Counted from the stretch's first letter, positions 19,571-29,979 are shown. The stretch is 64,000 nucleotides of DNA from Haliscomenobacter sp. (GCA_016718685.1 JADKCX010000021.1:1650-65649), one strand, 5' to 3'. Translations and numbers: made by a program. Notes: generated by a model from the letters alone, not told the origin.

Positions 19571-20147
19571 TTTCGTCGTAGTTGCGAGACATCAACATCT
19601 CTTTCAGTTTGAGGCGCGCCTTCACCAGGTTAGACCGGGAGGTGCTTTCGGTAATGTTCAACAGGTCGGCAATTTCCTTGTGGGAATAACCTTCCAGAAT
19701 GTACAGGTTGAAAACGGTTCGGTATGCAGGCGTGAGCTTTTGGATGGCCTCCAGGATTTCCTTTTGGCTGCACATGCTCACTGCATCGGCGTCGTCTGTG
19801 CTTAGTTGGATAGCTTGGTCAATGTCTTCTGTACGGCGTCGAATGCTTTTTCGATAAAAATCGATCGCAGTATTGACCATAATGCGGCGCATCCAGGCCG
19901 TAATTGACGTACCAGGTTGAAATTTGTTCACGTTTTTGAAGACCTTGATGAAGCCTTCGTGCAAAATATCCAGGGCATCTTCTTCTCCGTTTGAGTAACG
20001 CAGACAGACACCCATCATTTTGCCGTAGTACTCCTCATAGAGCGCTTGTTGGGCCCAGCGTTCGCGACGAACACAGGCTTGTATCAAGTCGTCTTCTCCA
20101 TAGTGGGCAGGCCATGCTATCTCCATAGACCATAAAAATTTATCCAA
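19551..20147 (-). CDS. ECF-type RNA polymerase sigma-70 family factor
   Basis: Region 2 (EDALDILHEGFIKVFKNVNKF) and region 4 HTH (LEGYSHKEIADLLNITESTSRSNLVKARLKLKE). Confidence 0.85.
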   Translation of the reverse strand: MDKFLWSMEIAWPAHYGEDDLIQACVRRERWAQQALYEEYYGKMMGVCLRYSNGEEDALDILHEGFIKVFKNVNKFQPGTSITAWMRRIMVNTAIDFYRKSIRRRTEDIDQAIQLSTDDADAVSMCSQKEILEAIQKLTPAYRTVFNLYILEGYSHKEIADLLNITESTSRSNLVKARLKLKEMLMSRNYDENGAAAI

Positions 20148-20250
20148 GCTACGAAGATTTTTTCAGACTGCCAATAGCCAGCTCCAATTGGTCATTAATT
20201 CGACAATTGAGAAACAATGGATGTGAGAATGTGGCGTTGGAGAAAGGAAT

Positions 20251-20283
20251 GAAAAGTGAAAAACTAAAGTGAAAAGTGAAAAG
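20251..20283. repeat. Single-arm tandem word run (GTGAAAAG)
   Basis: GAAAAGTGAAAAACTAAAGTGAAAAGTGAAAAG. I found no reverse-complement partner nearby. Confidence 0.6.
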
Positions 20284-20326
20284 AATTTTGGAGGATATAT
20301 ATAATTGGAGTTATAATGTGCCGATG

Positions 20327-20395
20327 GCTTCTGACCACATTCCGCTCAATTTGCATGCGATATTGGTGGGCGCAGGGGAAGATGTAGTCAGAAGC
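20327..20395. repeat. 14-bp inverted repeat just downstream of the trpB2 stop
   Basis: GCTTCTGACCACAT (20327-20340) and ATGTAGTCAGAAGC (20382-20395) pair 13/14 across a 41-nt loop. No T-tract follows. Confidence 0.5.
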
Positions 20396-20404
20396 ACAGA
20401 TGAA

Positions 20405-21766
20405 CTAAATCACCGGCGTATCCAACATCGCCAATGACTGCTCAATATCCGCATTCGTCACCTCGTGCTTCACCAGGCGGTTGTTGAAATAATCATCATA
20501 CGCTTGCAAGTCAAAATGCCCATGACCACAAAGGTTGAACAAGATCGTGCGCGATTTGCCCTCTTCTTTGGCGGCCTGCGCTTCCGCAAATACCGTTGCC
20601 AGTGCGTGGCTTGCTTCCGGAGCCGGGATGATGCCTTCGGTTTTGGCAAAAAGTACCCCGGCTTCAAAGCACTCCAGTTGGTGATGCGCCCGCGCTTCGA
20701 TCAATTGGTCTTTGAGCAACTGGCTCACGATGACCCCGGCACCGTGGTAGCGCAAACCTCCCGCGTGAATGGGCGCAGGTACAAAGTTGTGCCCCAGCGT
20801 ATACATCGGCAGTAGTGGCGTCATCCCCACGGTGTCGCCAAAATCGTAGCGGAAAACCCCACGCGTTAGTTTAGGGCAGGAGGCAGGTTCACTCGCCACA
20901 AAGCGGATGTTGCGGCCTTCATCAAAATTGAGGCGCAAAAAAGGGAAAGAAATACCCGCAAAATTGGACCCGCCCCCAAAAGGTGCCACCACCACATCGG
21001 GCATGTCACCCACTTTTTTCATTTGTTCAACTGCCTCCAGGCCGATAATGGTCTGGTGCATCAACACGTGATTGAGCACACTGCCGAGGGCGTACTTGGT
21101 GTTTTCGTCCGTGGCAGCGCGTTCTACGGCTTCGGAGATGGCGATCCCCAAACTACCGGGAGAGTTGGGATCCTGGGCCAGGATTTGCCGTCCGGCTGCT
21201 GTATGATCAGTGGGCGAGGAATACACTTTAGCGCCCCAGGTATTCATCATCATTTTGCGGTAGGGTTTGCCATCGTAGCTGACCTTGACCATGTACACCT
21301 CACACTCGATGCCGAAATGTTGGCAGGCAAAGGATAGGGCGCTGCCCCATTGTCCTGCTCCAGTTTCGGTGGTGATGCGTTTTACCCCTTCCATCTTGTT
21401 GTAGTAGGCTTGGGGAACAGCAGTATTCGGTTTGTGCGAACCAGCAGGGCTGACGCCTTCGTATTTGTAGTAGATTTTGGCCGGAGTATCCAGCGCTTTT
21501 TCCAGGGCGTAAGCACGGTAAAGCGGTGTGGGCCGCCACATCGTGTAAATATCCCGCACCGCATCAGGAATGGGTACCCATTTGTCGGTACTTACTTCTT
21601 GTTTGATGAGTTCCATGGGAAATAGAGGGGCCAAAGCTTCCGGGCCAATTGGCTCCCTGGTGCCAGGGTGCAAAGGTGGCAATGGTTTATTGGGCATGTC
21701 GGCCACAATGTTGTACCACTTGTCTGGAATTTCTTGCTCGCTCAATAAAGTTTTGCGGTTTTGCAT
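20405..21766 (-). CDS. trpB: TrpB-like PLP-dependent enzyme (tryptophan synthase beta, TrpB2 type)
   Basis: 453 aa. The TrpB2-type N-terminus is ...[25 protein letters not shown]... and the PLP-lysine context is GSHKPNTA. No trpA or other trp genes lie nearby. Confidence 0.85.
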   Translation of the reverse strand: MQNRKTLLSEQEIPDKWYNIVADMPNKPLPPLHPGTREPIGPEALAPLFPMELIKQEVSTDKWVPIPDAVRDIYTMWRPTPLYRAYALEKALDTPAKIYYKYEGVSPAGSHKPNTAVPQAYYNKMEGVKRITTETGAGQWGSALSFACQHFGIECEVYMVKVSYDGKPYRKMMMNTWGAKVYSSPTDHTAAGRQILAQDPNSPGSLGIAISEAVERAATDENTKYALGSVLNHVLMHQTIIGLEAVEQMKKVGDMPDVVVAPFGGGSNFAGISFPFLRLNFDEGRNIRFVASEPASCPKLTRGVFRYDFGDTVGMTPLLPMYTLGHNFVPAPIHAGGLRYHGAGVIVSQLLKDQLIEARAHHQLECFEAGVLFAKTEGIIPAPEASHALATVFAEAQAAKEEGKSRTILFNLCGHGHFDLQAYDDYFNNRLVKHEVTNADIEQSLAMLDTPVI

Positions 21767-21977
21767 AAATCTGGTTTTTAAATCTTGAAAAAGCTCCGGA
21801 AAGTAGTAATTTATTGCGCATTTGTGCGTAAAGCATCCTCCTTTTTTTGTGCATAAACCCTCGCCAACTTTTTGGACTCCAATTCTGTTTTCATCAAAAC
21901 TTTGAAAAAAAGTAACTTAGCGTGGTTTTTACAAAAACTGCTCTTTCTGCTTTTATTTTACTTCAAAAAAAATCGAC

Positions 21978-22250
21978 ATGGACAAGGAACAATTGAAAGA
22001 ACAACTGGTCGCCACTAAAGAAAAAGCCCAGGAAAAATTGGCGCAACTGACGGAAATGGCCAAAGAAGGTGCCGCCGAAGCCAAAGAAGAAATTCAGGAG
22101 CAAATCGAATTTTTGAAAGGAGCAACCAGCAACCTCGGTGAAAAACTCGAAGAGCTGGGTGCTGAAGCCAGCGAAGAGTTCGGCGAGCTGAAAGAAAAAG
22201 CCATCAGTGGCATCAATGCCTTGAAAGAGCGTTTTAAGGATTGGTTTTAA
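21978..22250 (+). CDS. Hypothetical coiled-coil protein (E/K/A-rich)
   Basis: 90-aa ORF on its own in the spacer, with strongly helical E/K/L composition. No recognisable family. Confidence 0.45.
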   Translation: MDKEQLKEQLVATKEKAQEKLAQLTEMAKEGAAEAKEEIQEQIEFLKGATSNLGEKLEELGAEASEEFGELKEKAISGINALKERFKDWF

Positions 22251-22260
22251 TACTTCAGTT

Positions 22261-22382
22261 GAGAAGGTTGAGAAGTTGAGGAGGTTGAGTGGGTTTTACG
22301 CCAGCTGACTCTGCCTCCAAACTCTTCAACCTTCTTCAACTCTCTCAACTCTAACTCTCAACTCTAAACTCTTCAACTTTTA
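22261..22382. repeat. Word-repeat palindrome (GTTGAGAA / TTCTCAAC variant), asymmetric
   Basis: The left arm is about 32 nt (GAGAAGGTTGAGAAGTTGAGGAGGTTGAG). The right arm is about 62 nt of CTCTTCAAC/CTCTCAACT words and ends 4 nt before the GTG start at 22387. Pairing is imperfect. Confidence 0.75.
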
Positions 22383-22386
22383 CAAT

Positions 22387-23684
22387 GTGATTACATACCA
22401 CCGTTTTGTGCTCGACAATGGTTTGCGGGTATTGGTACATGAAGATCCAAGCACACCAATGGCGGCAGTCAATGTACTGTACAATGTAGGCTCGCGCGAC
22501 GAGCACCCTGCCAAGACTGGCTTTGCCCACCTTTTTGAACACCTGATGTTTGGGGGCTCGGCGAACATTCCAGATTTTGACGATCCCCTACAATTGGCCG
22601 GAGGAGACAATAACGCCTTTACCAATAACGATTTCACCAACTTTTACGAAGTACTACCTGCTCAGAATCTGGAGGTGGCTTTTTGGCTGGAATCAGACCG
22701 TATGCTCAGCCTTAATTTTGATCCTCAGGTATTGGAAGTCCAACGTAAGGTAGTAGTGGAGGAGTTCAAAGAAACTTGCCTCAATCAGCCTTATGGCGAC
22801 ATGTGGCACCACCTTTCCGAGATGGCCTACCAACCCACCCTTACCGTTGGCCGGTCATTGGGCAAGTGCCGGAGCATGTGGAGAGTGCTACCATGGACGA
22901 TGTGCAGGATTTTTATTTCAAGCACTACCGCCCCAATAATGCTGTACTGGCCGTTTGTGGCAACGTCAAATTGAGCCAGGTAAAAAGGCTGGCCAAAAAA
23001 TGGTTTGCCGATATCCCTGCGGGTGACATTCCCGAACGCAGTATTGCCAGAGAAGCACCCCAACTGCGCCTGCAGCAAAAAATTCAGGAAACCAATGTTC
23101 CGGTGGATGCCTTGTACATTGCCTTCCACTGTTGCGATCGTACCCACCCGGATTTTTACCTGACCGATTTGTTGTCGGATGTGCTGAGCAACGGGCCTTC
23201 TTCAAGGTTATACCGACGTTTGTTGAAGGAAAAACAGCTGTTTACTCAAATCGACGCTTACATCACAGGCACTCTGGACCCCGGACTGTTCATCATTGAA
23301 GGCCGACCATCTGAAGGTGTCACCTTGGAAGCAGCCGAGGCGGCCGTGTGGGAAGAACTGCAATTGCTGCTCGACGAACCCATCGGGGAAGAGGAACTAC
23401 AGAAATGTAAAAACCGCGCTGAGAGTGCCCTGATTTTTTCGGAATTGAGTGCCTTGGGCAAAGCCATGAACCTGGCGTTTTTTGAATTGCTGGGCGATGC
23501 CGATCTCATCAATCGCGAGCCCGATCTGTATGCTCAAATTACGGCGGAAGACATGCACCGGGTAGCCAAAACCTTATTCCGTGAGGAAAATTGTAGCAAG
23601 TTGTACTACAAAGCAATCCCGGGCGCTGCGGCCATGGCCGGATTTTCGGGAGGCATGGATGATGATGACGACGATGATTATTAG
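22387..23684 (+). CDS. M16 (pitrilysin) family zinc peptidase; one frame disruption
   Basis: Inverted zincin motif HLFEHLMFGGS, with N-terminus ...NGLRVLVHEDPSTPMAAVNVLYNVGSRDE. ORFs 22387..22974 and 22776..23684 join at about 22826-22845 (...SEMAYQ / HPYRWPVIGQ) by a 1-nt shift. The C-terminus ends in D7-Y. Confidence 0.85.
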
Positions 23685-23806
23685 TGCCCACTGCGCCGTT
23701 CACCGTAAAATTCACTCAGCTCTGTGATCGATGTCACTTTTTCAGCGCCCCAATCCCCGTAACTTTCCATAAAGTTCTTCATTCACGCACACAATGCAAA
23801 GGCTTT

Positions 23807-25075
23807 ATGGAAAAGCACCATCAAATCGTCATCATTGGAGCAGGAACGGCGGGGATTACCGTTGCTGCCCAACTCTTACGGAAAGACCGAAAACTTGATA
23901 TCGCCATCATCGATCCGGCCAAAAAGCACTATTATCAAGCGGCATGGACCCTGGTGGGAGCGGGCACTTTCAATTACAAATCGACAGAACGAGAGATGGC
24001 TTCGCTGATTCCCAAGGGGGCAACCTGGATTCAGGAAGCGGTACAGGATGTCGATCCGGATGCCAATAAAGTTACACTACAAGGTGGTGATGTGCTGACT
24101 TACGACTATCTCGTGGCTTGCCCTGGCATCCAGTACAACCTTAATGCGATAGAAGGTCTGGCCGAAACCATCAATAAAAACAACGTTTGTAGCAATTACA
24201 TCGACCCCAATTACACTTGGGAGGTATTGCAGAAAATAGAAAAGGGCACTGCCCTGTTTACTCTTGCCCCTACCACCATCAAATGTGGTGGCGCGCCCCA
24301 AAAAATCATGTACCTGGCCGACGATTATTTCCGCAGGACCCGGAAACGGGATAAAATTGATGTGACTTATTTCCTGCCCGGCGGGGTGATTTTTGGCGTT
24401 GAGCCTTTCAAAAGTACCATTATGAAGGTGGTGGACCGCAAGGACATTCAACTAAGGTTCTTCCATGCCTTGACCAGAATTGACGGGCCGAACCACAAAG
24501 CCTATTTCAAAATCACGGCCAATCAGGATGACCCCAACAAGTTGTTCTACCACCACCGGCCATTGCAAGAAAAGATGGTCTCCGAAACCGAAGTAGAAGT
24601 AGCGTTTGATATGCTGCACCTGGCTCCGCCTCAATCGGCACCGGACTTCATCATGCGTTCTAAAATTGCTGCGCAGGAAGGGCCACAGAAGGGCTGGATC
24701 AACGTGAATCTATACACCCTGCAACACAACGTGTATGCCAATGTATTTGCACTGGGCGACGCGGCTGGGCTCCCTACAGGTAAAACGGGCGCGGCGGTAC
24801 GCAAGCAGGCTCCGATAGTTGTGGAAAACTTGTTGCACGTGATCAAACACGACGGCGCAGTGCAACCCGATTACCACGGCTATTCTTCTTGCCCAATCGT
24901 AACGGGTTACGGCAAAATGGTCTTGGCAGAGTTTGATTACGACAACAAACGGGCGAGTGACCCGATGATCTCCCGACTCTTCGATACCTCGAAAGAGCTT
25001 TTTGCCATGTGGATTTTGAAAAAATATGGCCTGCCCTTTATGTATTGGAATTTGATGTTGAAGGGTAAGGCGTAA
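23807..25075 (+). CDS. sqr: Sulfide:quinone oxidoreductase, type II (SQRDL-like)
   Basis: Starts at MEKHHQIVIIGAGTAGITVA (FAD GxGxxG). It is collinear with eukaryote-type SQR: IKCGGAPQKIMYL, FALGDAAGLPTGKTGAAVRKQ, YSSCPIVTGYGKMVLAEFDY, YWNLMLKG. The 41-aa upstream extension in the ORF track has no support. Confidence 0.85.
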   Translation: MEKHHQIVIIGAGTAGITVAAQLLRKDRKLDIAIIDPAKKHYYQAAWTLVGAGTFNYKSTEREMASLIPKGATWIQEAVQDVDPDANKVTLQGGDVLTYDYLVACPGIQYNLNAIEGLAETINKNNVCSNYIDPNYTWEVLQKIEKGTALFTLAPTTIKCGGAPQKIMYLADDYFRRTRKRDKIDVTYFLPGGVIFGVEPFKSTIMKVVDRKDIQLRFFHALTRIDGPNHKAYFKITANQDDPNKLFYHHRPLQEKMVSETEVEVAFDMLHLAPPQSAPDFIMRSKIAAQEGPQKGWINVNLYTLQHNVYANVFALGDAAGLPTGKTGAAVRKQAPIVVENLLHVIKHDGAVQPDYHGYSSCPIVTGYGKMVLAEFDYDNKRASDPMISRLFDTSKELFAMWILKKYGLPFMYWNLMLKGKA

Positions 25076-25120
25076 AAAAAAAGGTGTTACTTCAACGACT
25101 GAGGTAACACCTTTCTTTTT
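25073..25120. terminator. Bidirectional rho-independent terminator between sqr and the TlpA-like gene
   Basis: A8 then AAAGGTGTTAC (25079-25089), a 13-nt loop, GTAACACCTTT (25103-25113), then a T-rich run. Both convergent genes end here. Confidence 0.8.
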
Positions 25121-25626
25121 TACTTTTTTGCCAACATTTTAATCCTCTCCTCCATATCCAACTCATCCCCTGGATTGTACCCCGTGTGTTCGTACACGAT
25201 GTTTCCTTTCTGATCGATCAGGTAGGTTTGTGGGATGGTCTGAAAATTCAGGGCATTTTTCAACTGATTGGCTGCATCACTCAAAATGGTGTATTCCCAG
25301 CCTTTGGTGGCCACCATGGGTTTTACTTTGGGCAGATCCCTTTGGGTATCGATGGTTACGGCCAGGTATTGTACGTCGTAGTTGTCTTTCCAATCGCCGT
25401 ACACTTCGGCAATCGCGTCCATCTCCCGCTTGCAAGGGGCGCACCAGGTAGCCCAAAAACTCAGGATCGTGATTTTCCCTTTGCCCACATAATTTTTGAT
25501 CTGCACACTCTTTCCATCCAGGGTTTTGACCGTGGCATCGGGGAGGGTTTTACTATTTTGGGCGGACAATACAATCGTCAAAAGCGTCGCGGCGGCGAAC
25601 ATCCCGTATTTCATTATTTTCATCAT
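25120..25626 (-). CDS. TlpA-family thiol:disulfide oxidoreductase (thioredoxin fold)
   Basis: Signal peptide, then FWATWCAPCKREMD (CxxC) and a redoxin layout. The start was chosen at MMKIMKYGMFAAATLL and the exact Met is uncertain. Confidence 0.8.
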   Translation of the reverse strand: MMKIMKYGMFAAATLLTIVLSAQNSKTLPDATVKTLDGKSVQIKNYVGKGKITILSFWATWCAPCKREMDAIAEVYGDWKDNYDVQYLAVTIDTQRDLPKVKPMVATKGWEYTILSDAANQLKNALNFQTIPQTYLIDQKGNIVYEHTGYNPGDELDMEERIKMLAKK

Positions 25627-25721
25627 TTCTGTTTTTGTTAAGTTTGATGCACAAAATAGCGGCTTTTTCCACAACGCCGCCAAATGTACCCCTGATTAAG
25701 TCACCATCAAGACAATTCCAA

Positions 25722-27419
25722 ATGAACCGTTTAAGTATTCCGTTCGGGATAATATCGCTGTTGTTGCTGTTTTGTCCGCTACAAACCAAAGCCCAGGAAC
25801 AAGCTCCGCCCTCTGGTGGCCAAGTTTCTGGAAGTTTACAAACCAATGCCAACTTCTTTATCCGCGATTCCTTGATCGGAGCAGCCAATACACCGCAGTA
25901 CGATCGGCAACTGTACGGGGCGGAAGCATGGCTCAACCTCAATTACAACAACTGGGGTTTTGATTTTGGCTTGCGTTTTGATGCGTTCAACAACTCCAAT
26001 TTGCTCAATCCCACCGATTCTTATTCCGACCAGGGCATCGGCATGTGGTTCATCAAAAAGCAGGTTGACAAATTGGGCATTACCGCCGGATACATTTATG
26101 ACCAGATAGGCAGCGGCATCATTTTTCGTGCTTTTGAGGAACGTCCCCTGCTGATTGACAATGCGCTGATTGGCCTACGCTTGGATTATAGCCTGGGTGA
26201 AAACTGGAAAATCAAAGGTTTTACCGGGCGGCAAAAACAGCAGTTCAGCAGTTACCGCCCCATCATCAAGGGGGTCAATGTAGAAGGTTTCGTCAGCACT
26301 GAGGATGAAAATGCCTGGACTTTGGCTCCCGGCCTGGGAATTGTAAATCGTACCCTCGACGACCAGGCGATGAACTCCCTGGTGTCAGTACTCAATACCT
26401 ATGGTCAGGACTACATTTTTATCCCTAAGTTCAATACGTATGCGTTCAGTGCCTACAACACCCTCAGCAAAGGTGCTTGGTCCTGGTATTTGGAAGGCGC
26501 TTATAAAACGCCTGATGCCCAAAACGATCCTTTTGCCGAAACCATCATCAATCAGGACACCATTACCGGGGATCGTTTTTTCCAAAAAGCGGGATCGGTG
26601 TTGTACAGCAACCTGAGCTATGCTGGAGATCGATTCGGGGTGAGTGTGGAAGGGAAACGCACTGAAAACTTCTCCTGGCGCACTCGCCCGCAAGAGCAGG
26701 CCAATCGGGGAACCCTCAATTTTATTCCCCCTATGGCTCGCTCCAATACCTACCGCTTGACTTCGCGGTACAATGCGGCTACTCAAGAGCTGGGGGAATT
26801 GTCTTTCCAGGTGGATTTGCGCTATGCACCCAGCAAAAAATTGAGTTTTAACCTCAACGCTTCAAACATCCAAAACCTGGACAATGAATTGCTCTATCGC
26901 GAGATTTATGCAGAAATGACGGTAAAAATCAAAAGAAATACCACCATTATTGCCGGTGTGCAGCGACAGGAATACAACCAGGAGCGATTTGAAGTGAAAC
27001 CCAACGTGCCTTTGGTGCGCACCATCACGCCCTTTTTTGAGTATCAATACAAGTTTACGCCCCGCAAGTTGTTGCGGGTAGAAGTACAGTACATGCACAT
27101 GGAAGAGGATGTGGTAGCCAACGCGGGTGCTGATTTTGGCTCCTGGGCCTGGATTCAGGCCGAGTATACACTAGCTCCGCACTGGACTTTTGCGGCGGCG
27201 AATATGTTCAACGCCGTTCCGGGTGTAGCCAGTCCAGTCGAAAATGGACAACGCAAAGCCTTGTACTACCCGCGCTTTGACGTGTTTTACACCATAAAAT
27301 CCAATCGATTTTCATTGAGCTACATCAAACAAGTGGAGGGTGTGGTTTGCACCGGAGGGATATGCAGGTTGGAACCTGCTTTTAGCGGATTTCGCTTTGC
27401 GGTGACGAGCACGTTCTAG
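25722..27419 (+). CDS. Putative outer-membrane beta-barrel protein (DUF6029-like)
   Basis: Starts at MNRLSIPFGIISLLLLFCPLQTKAQ (signal peptide). 565 aa of alternating beta pattern with C-terminal ...FRFAVTSTF (terminal Phe). Divergent from the TlpA-like gene. The family name is from memory and unverified. Confidence 0.5.
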   Translation: MNRLSIPFGIISLLLLFCPLQTKAQEQAPPSGGQVSGSLQTNANFFIRDSLIGAANTPQYDRQLYGAEAWLNLNYNNWGFDFGLRFDAFNNSNLLNPTDSYSDQGIGMWFIKKQVDKLGITAGYIYDQIGSGIIFRAFEERPLLIDNALIGLRLDYSLGENWKIKGFTGRQKQQFSSYRPIIKGVNVEGFVSTEDENAWTLAPGLGIVNRTLDDQAMNSLVSVLNTYGQDYIFIPKFNTYAFSAYNTLSKGAWSWYLEGAYKTPDAQNDPFAETIINQDTITGDRFFQKAGSVLYSNLSYAGDRFGVSVEGKRTENFSWRTRPQEQANRGTLNFIPPMARSNTYRLTSRYNAATQELGELSFQVDLRYAPSKKLSFNLNASNIQNLDNELLYREIYAEMTVKIKRNTTIIAGVQRQEYNQERFEVKPNVPLVRTITPFFEYQYKFTPRKLLRVEVQYMHMEEDVVANAGADFGSWAWIQAEYTLAPHWTFAAANMFNAVPGVASPVENGQRKALYYPRFDVFYTIKSNRFSLSYIKQVEGVVCTGGICRLEPAFSGFRFAVTSTF

Positions 27420-27420
27420 T

Positions 27421-27515
27421 TGAAGAGTTTAAGGTTGAAAAGTTGAAAAGTTGGTCACTTACCGAAGCTAAGGTGTAAGTCTTTTCAACTTTTCAACTAT
27501 AAACTTTTCAACTCC
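27421..27515. repeat. Word-repeat palindrome (GTTGAAAA / TTTTCAAC), best example
   Basis: GTTGAAAAGTTGAAAAG pairs perfectly (17 bp) with CTTTTCAACTTTTCAAC. There is an inner stem ACTTAC/GTAAGT. The element occupies the entire gap between convergent stops at 27419 and 27516. Confidence 0.9.
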
Positions 27516-27776
27516 CTAAGAGTGTGGTGCGTCGATATTAGAATTAGACGGAGCAGAAGCAGAAGGCTGTTGTTGCTGAGCTTTGTTGTCAGCTTCGCGG
27601 ATACCTTCCTTCAACTCGGATTCAATCGTTGATTTTGCAGCGTTGAACTCACGAATACCCTTACCAATGCCACGCATCAGTTCTGGAATTTTTCTACCAC
27701 CAAACAAAAGCAGGATCGCAAAGAAAATCAGTAAGACTTCCGATCCGCCCAAAGCAAACAACATCATTGTTTTCAT
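27516..27776 (-). CDS. tatA: Twin-arginine translocase subunit TatA/E
   Basis: 86 aa. LFALGGSEVLLIFFAILLLFGGRKIPELMRGIGKGIREFNAAK is the TatA TM plus amphipathic helix signature. Confidence 0.9.
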   Translation of the reverse strand: MKTMMLFALGGSEVLLIFFAILLLFGGRKIPELMRGIGKGIREFNAAKSTIESELKEGIREADNKAQQQQPSASAPSNSNIDAPHS

Positions 27777-27960
27777 GACGATCTTTTTTATTGTTTAGGG
27801 CAACCACCAGTGGTTCCCCAAAGTTACTTTACTTGACGACTACATCAAGTCGCCCGCATATTAGACAGCCCGCAAGATACAAAGGTTTAAACAGCCGCGT
27901 CAGAAAAAATATGCTGAAACGGGCAGATTTTTGCCGTGGAGCGGGCATTTTTGCAGTTGC

Positions 27961-28911
27961 TTATTTTTTCAGGCCAATTTCGCGCAAGCGTTCATCCAGA
28001 TATTCCCCGGCGGTAATTGGTTCGTAATGCAGCGGGTTGTCTGCCGTTACACAGGAAGGCAAGCAGCTTAAATCCATGTCGCTAACCGGGTGCAAGAAGA
28101 ATGGAATGGACAAGCGCGGCAAGTGCCAATCTTCACGCGGCGGATTGACTACACGGTGTGTGGTTGATTTGAGGTAGTTGTTCGTCAACCTTTGTAGCAT
28201 GTCCCCTACATTGATCACGATCTCGTCTTCTTCGGGTACAATGGCCATCCACTGGTTCTCCTTGTTCAACAATTCCAGGCCACCTGCCGAAGCGCCAACC
28301 AGTAAGGTGATGAGGTTGATGTCTTCGTGTTGTTCAGCCCGAATGGCCGAAGCAGGCTCCTGGGTAATAGGCGGATAAAAGATCGACCGCAGGATGCTGT
28401 TTCCGTAGGTAATTTTAGGGTCAAAATACATTTCTCCCAATCCCAGGTGAATGGAAATGGCCTTCAACAATTGCGCACCAGCACCCTCAAACGCACGGTA
28501 TAGCTGAAATCCCAAGCTGGCATATTCTGGTTCCTCGGCAACTTGTACATTGTCCGGGTATTTGACCTTGAAGGGATGCCCAGCAGGTACTTCTTGTCCA
28601 ATTTGAAAAAACTCTTTCAAATCAGCAACTTGTGATTGTTTGGCGTGTTCCTTTCCAAAGGAAGTGTACCCTCTTTGGCCAGCCATGCCCGCCACTTCGT
28701 ACTTTTTCTTGATGTCGACGGGTAGGGCAAAAAACCGTTTGGAGGCGGCATAAAAGTCGTCAATTAATGCCTTTGGAATGCCGTGATTGATCACCCCAAC
28801 AAAACCAATATTGTGAAAGGCATCGCCTAGCGCTTGTACAAATGCCATGCGTTCGGTAGCACTGCCACTTACAAATTTGGAAAGATCAACTAATGGAATT
28901 GCACGTTTCAT
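27961..28911 (-). CDS. 2OG-Fe(II) oxygenase (isopenicillin N synthase family)
   Basis: 316 aa. N-terminus IPLVDLSKF, H.D...TLL facial-triad context (EQHEDINLITLL), ...STTHRVVNP. Confidence 0.8.
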   Translation of the reverse strand: MKRAIPLVDLSKFVSGSATERMAFVQALGDAFHNIGFVGVINHGIPKALIDDFYAASKRFFALPVDIKKKYEVAGMAGQRGYTSFGKEHAKQSQVADLKEFFQIGQEVPAGHPFKVKYPDNVQVAEEPEYASLGFQLYRAFEGAGAQLLKAISIHLGLGEMYFDPKITYGNSILRSIFYPPITQEPASAIRAEQHEDINLITLLVGASAGGLELLNKENQWMAIVPEEDEIVINVGDMLQRLTNNYLKSTTHRVVNPPREDWHLPRLSIPFFLHPVSDMDLSCLPSCVTADNPLHYEPITAGEYLDERLREIGLKK

Positions 28912-28933
28912 GCTGATGGTGATTAAGAGGATA

Positions 28934-29979
28934 TTATAATTTGGGTTTGTACCGCGCCCCTTTAAGGATGGCCTGGCTATCGGTCAAGCGTAGCAGGTCT
29001 TTCATCTGGGTATTGGGGTTTTGCTCCATGTACGCCTTGATGATTTGCCAACCCAGCCAATCACCAGTCCGTCCGGGAGCTTCCGCAGGCATTCCTGGGG
29101 AATTGGGGCTATACTCTACAAATTTGCGAATCTTTTGCCAATCGGTATTGTAAAGCAGGTTTTGTTGTAAAAAAAAGGCCCAGATGTTGTTTTCGTTTTC
29201 GCTTAGCCATTTCCATTGAGGGGCGGATACTTCCATTTTTGCAGTATCAGCAGCGTAGGGCAACAAATGGTCGAGCAGGTACATCCTTTTGCCGTTGTGG
29301 ATCATGTAGTCCAACAAATTTTCACCCGGCGGGGCTTCACCAACCAGGTCGTTGACCAGAGGCAGTAATGTTTTTACGGCAAGGTGCTCTTTGTTAAAGC
29401 TCCGGGTCAGGTATTGTGAAAAGTTAGGATTGTCGGGGCTGTAGTTGAGGTATGGGTAGTTTTCTCCCAAAAAAAAGTCCAGGCCAATGGCGAGGTCGTC
29501 GTTTTTGTACACAAAATTGCCGACGGTATACTCAGAAATAAAAGTGGTCAGGGTCGGGATTCGGCGTTGCGGAAAGTAATACTTGTAGTAGCGCATGGCC
29601 TCTTCCAATTGACTGATTGTCGATTCTGGCAATTGTGGATAAAGGACCTGGCAGGTGTCGTACAATTTGCGCACTGCGGGGTGGGTAATGAAACCTTTTA
29701 CATAGGCGGCCTCACCTTGTGGAGCCACCTCAGCAGAAGTAGAATTCAGGATTTGGTCAAAAAAGATATTGGCGAATTCCCCGTATTTGGATTTCAAAAA
29801 AGGCAGTTCGCTGGCGATTTTAAGCGTATCCAGTTTGAATAAATCTTGCTCGAAGCGTCGAATTTTCAATTTTACAGGCGAAATGCCCGACACATCAGGT
29901 AAATCGTCACGTTTTCAGACTTACAGCCTGCAAAAAACGTTAATACAACTAGTAAAACAAATGCGTTATGCCAACTCAT
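28934..29979 (-). CDS. gldB: Gliding motility lipoprotein GldB; one frame disruption near the 5' end
   Basis: The body matches GldB (KIRRFEQDLF..., GRTGDWLGWQIIKAYMEQN..., C-terminal ARYKPKL). The lipoprotein signal MSWHNAFVLLVVLTFFAGCKSEN starts at 29979 in another frame and joins ...DDLPDVSGISPVKLK by a 1-nt shift at about 29908-29918 (T4/A4 run). Confidence 0.75.
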
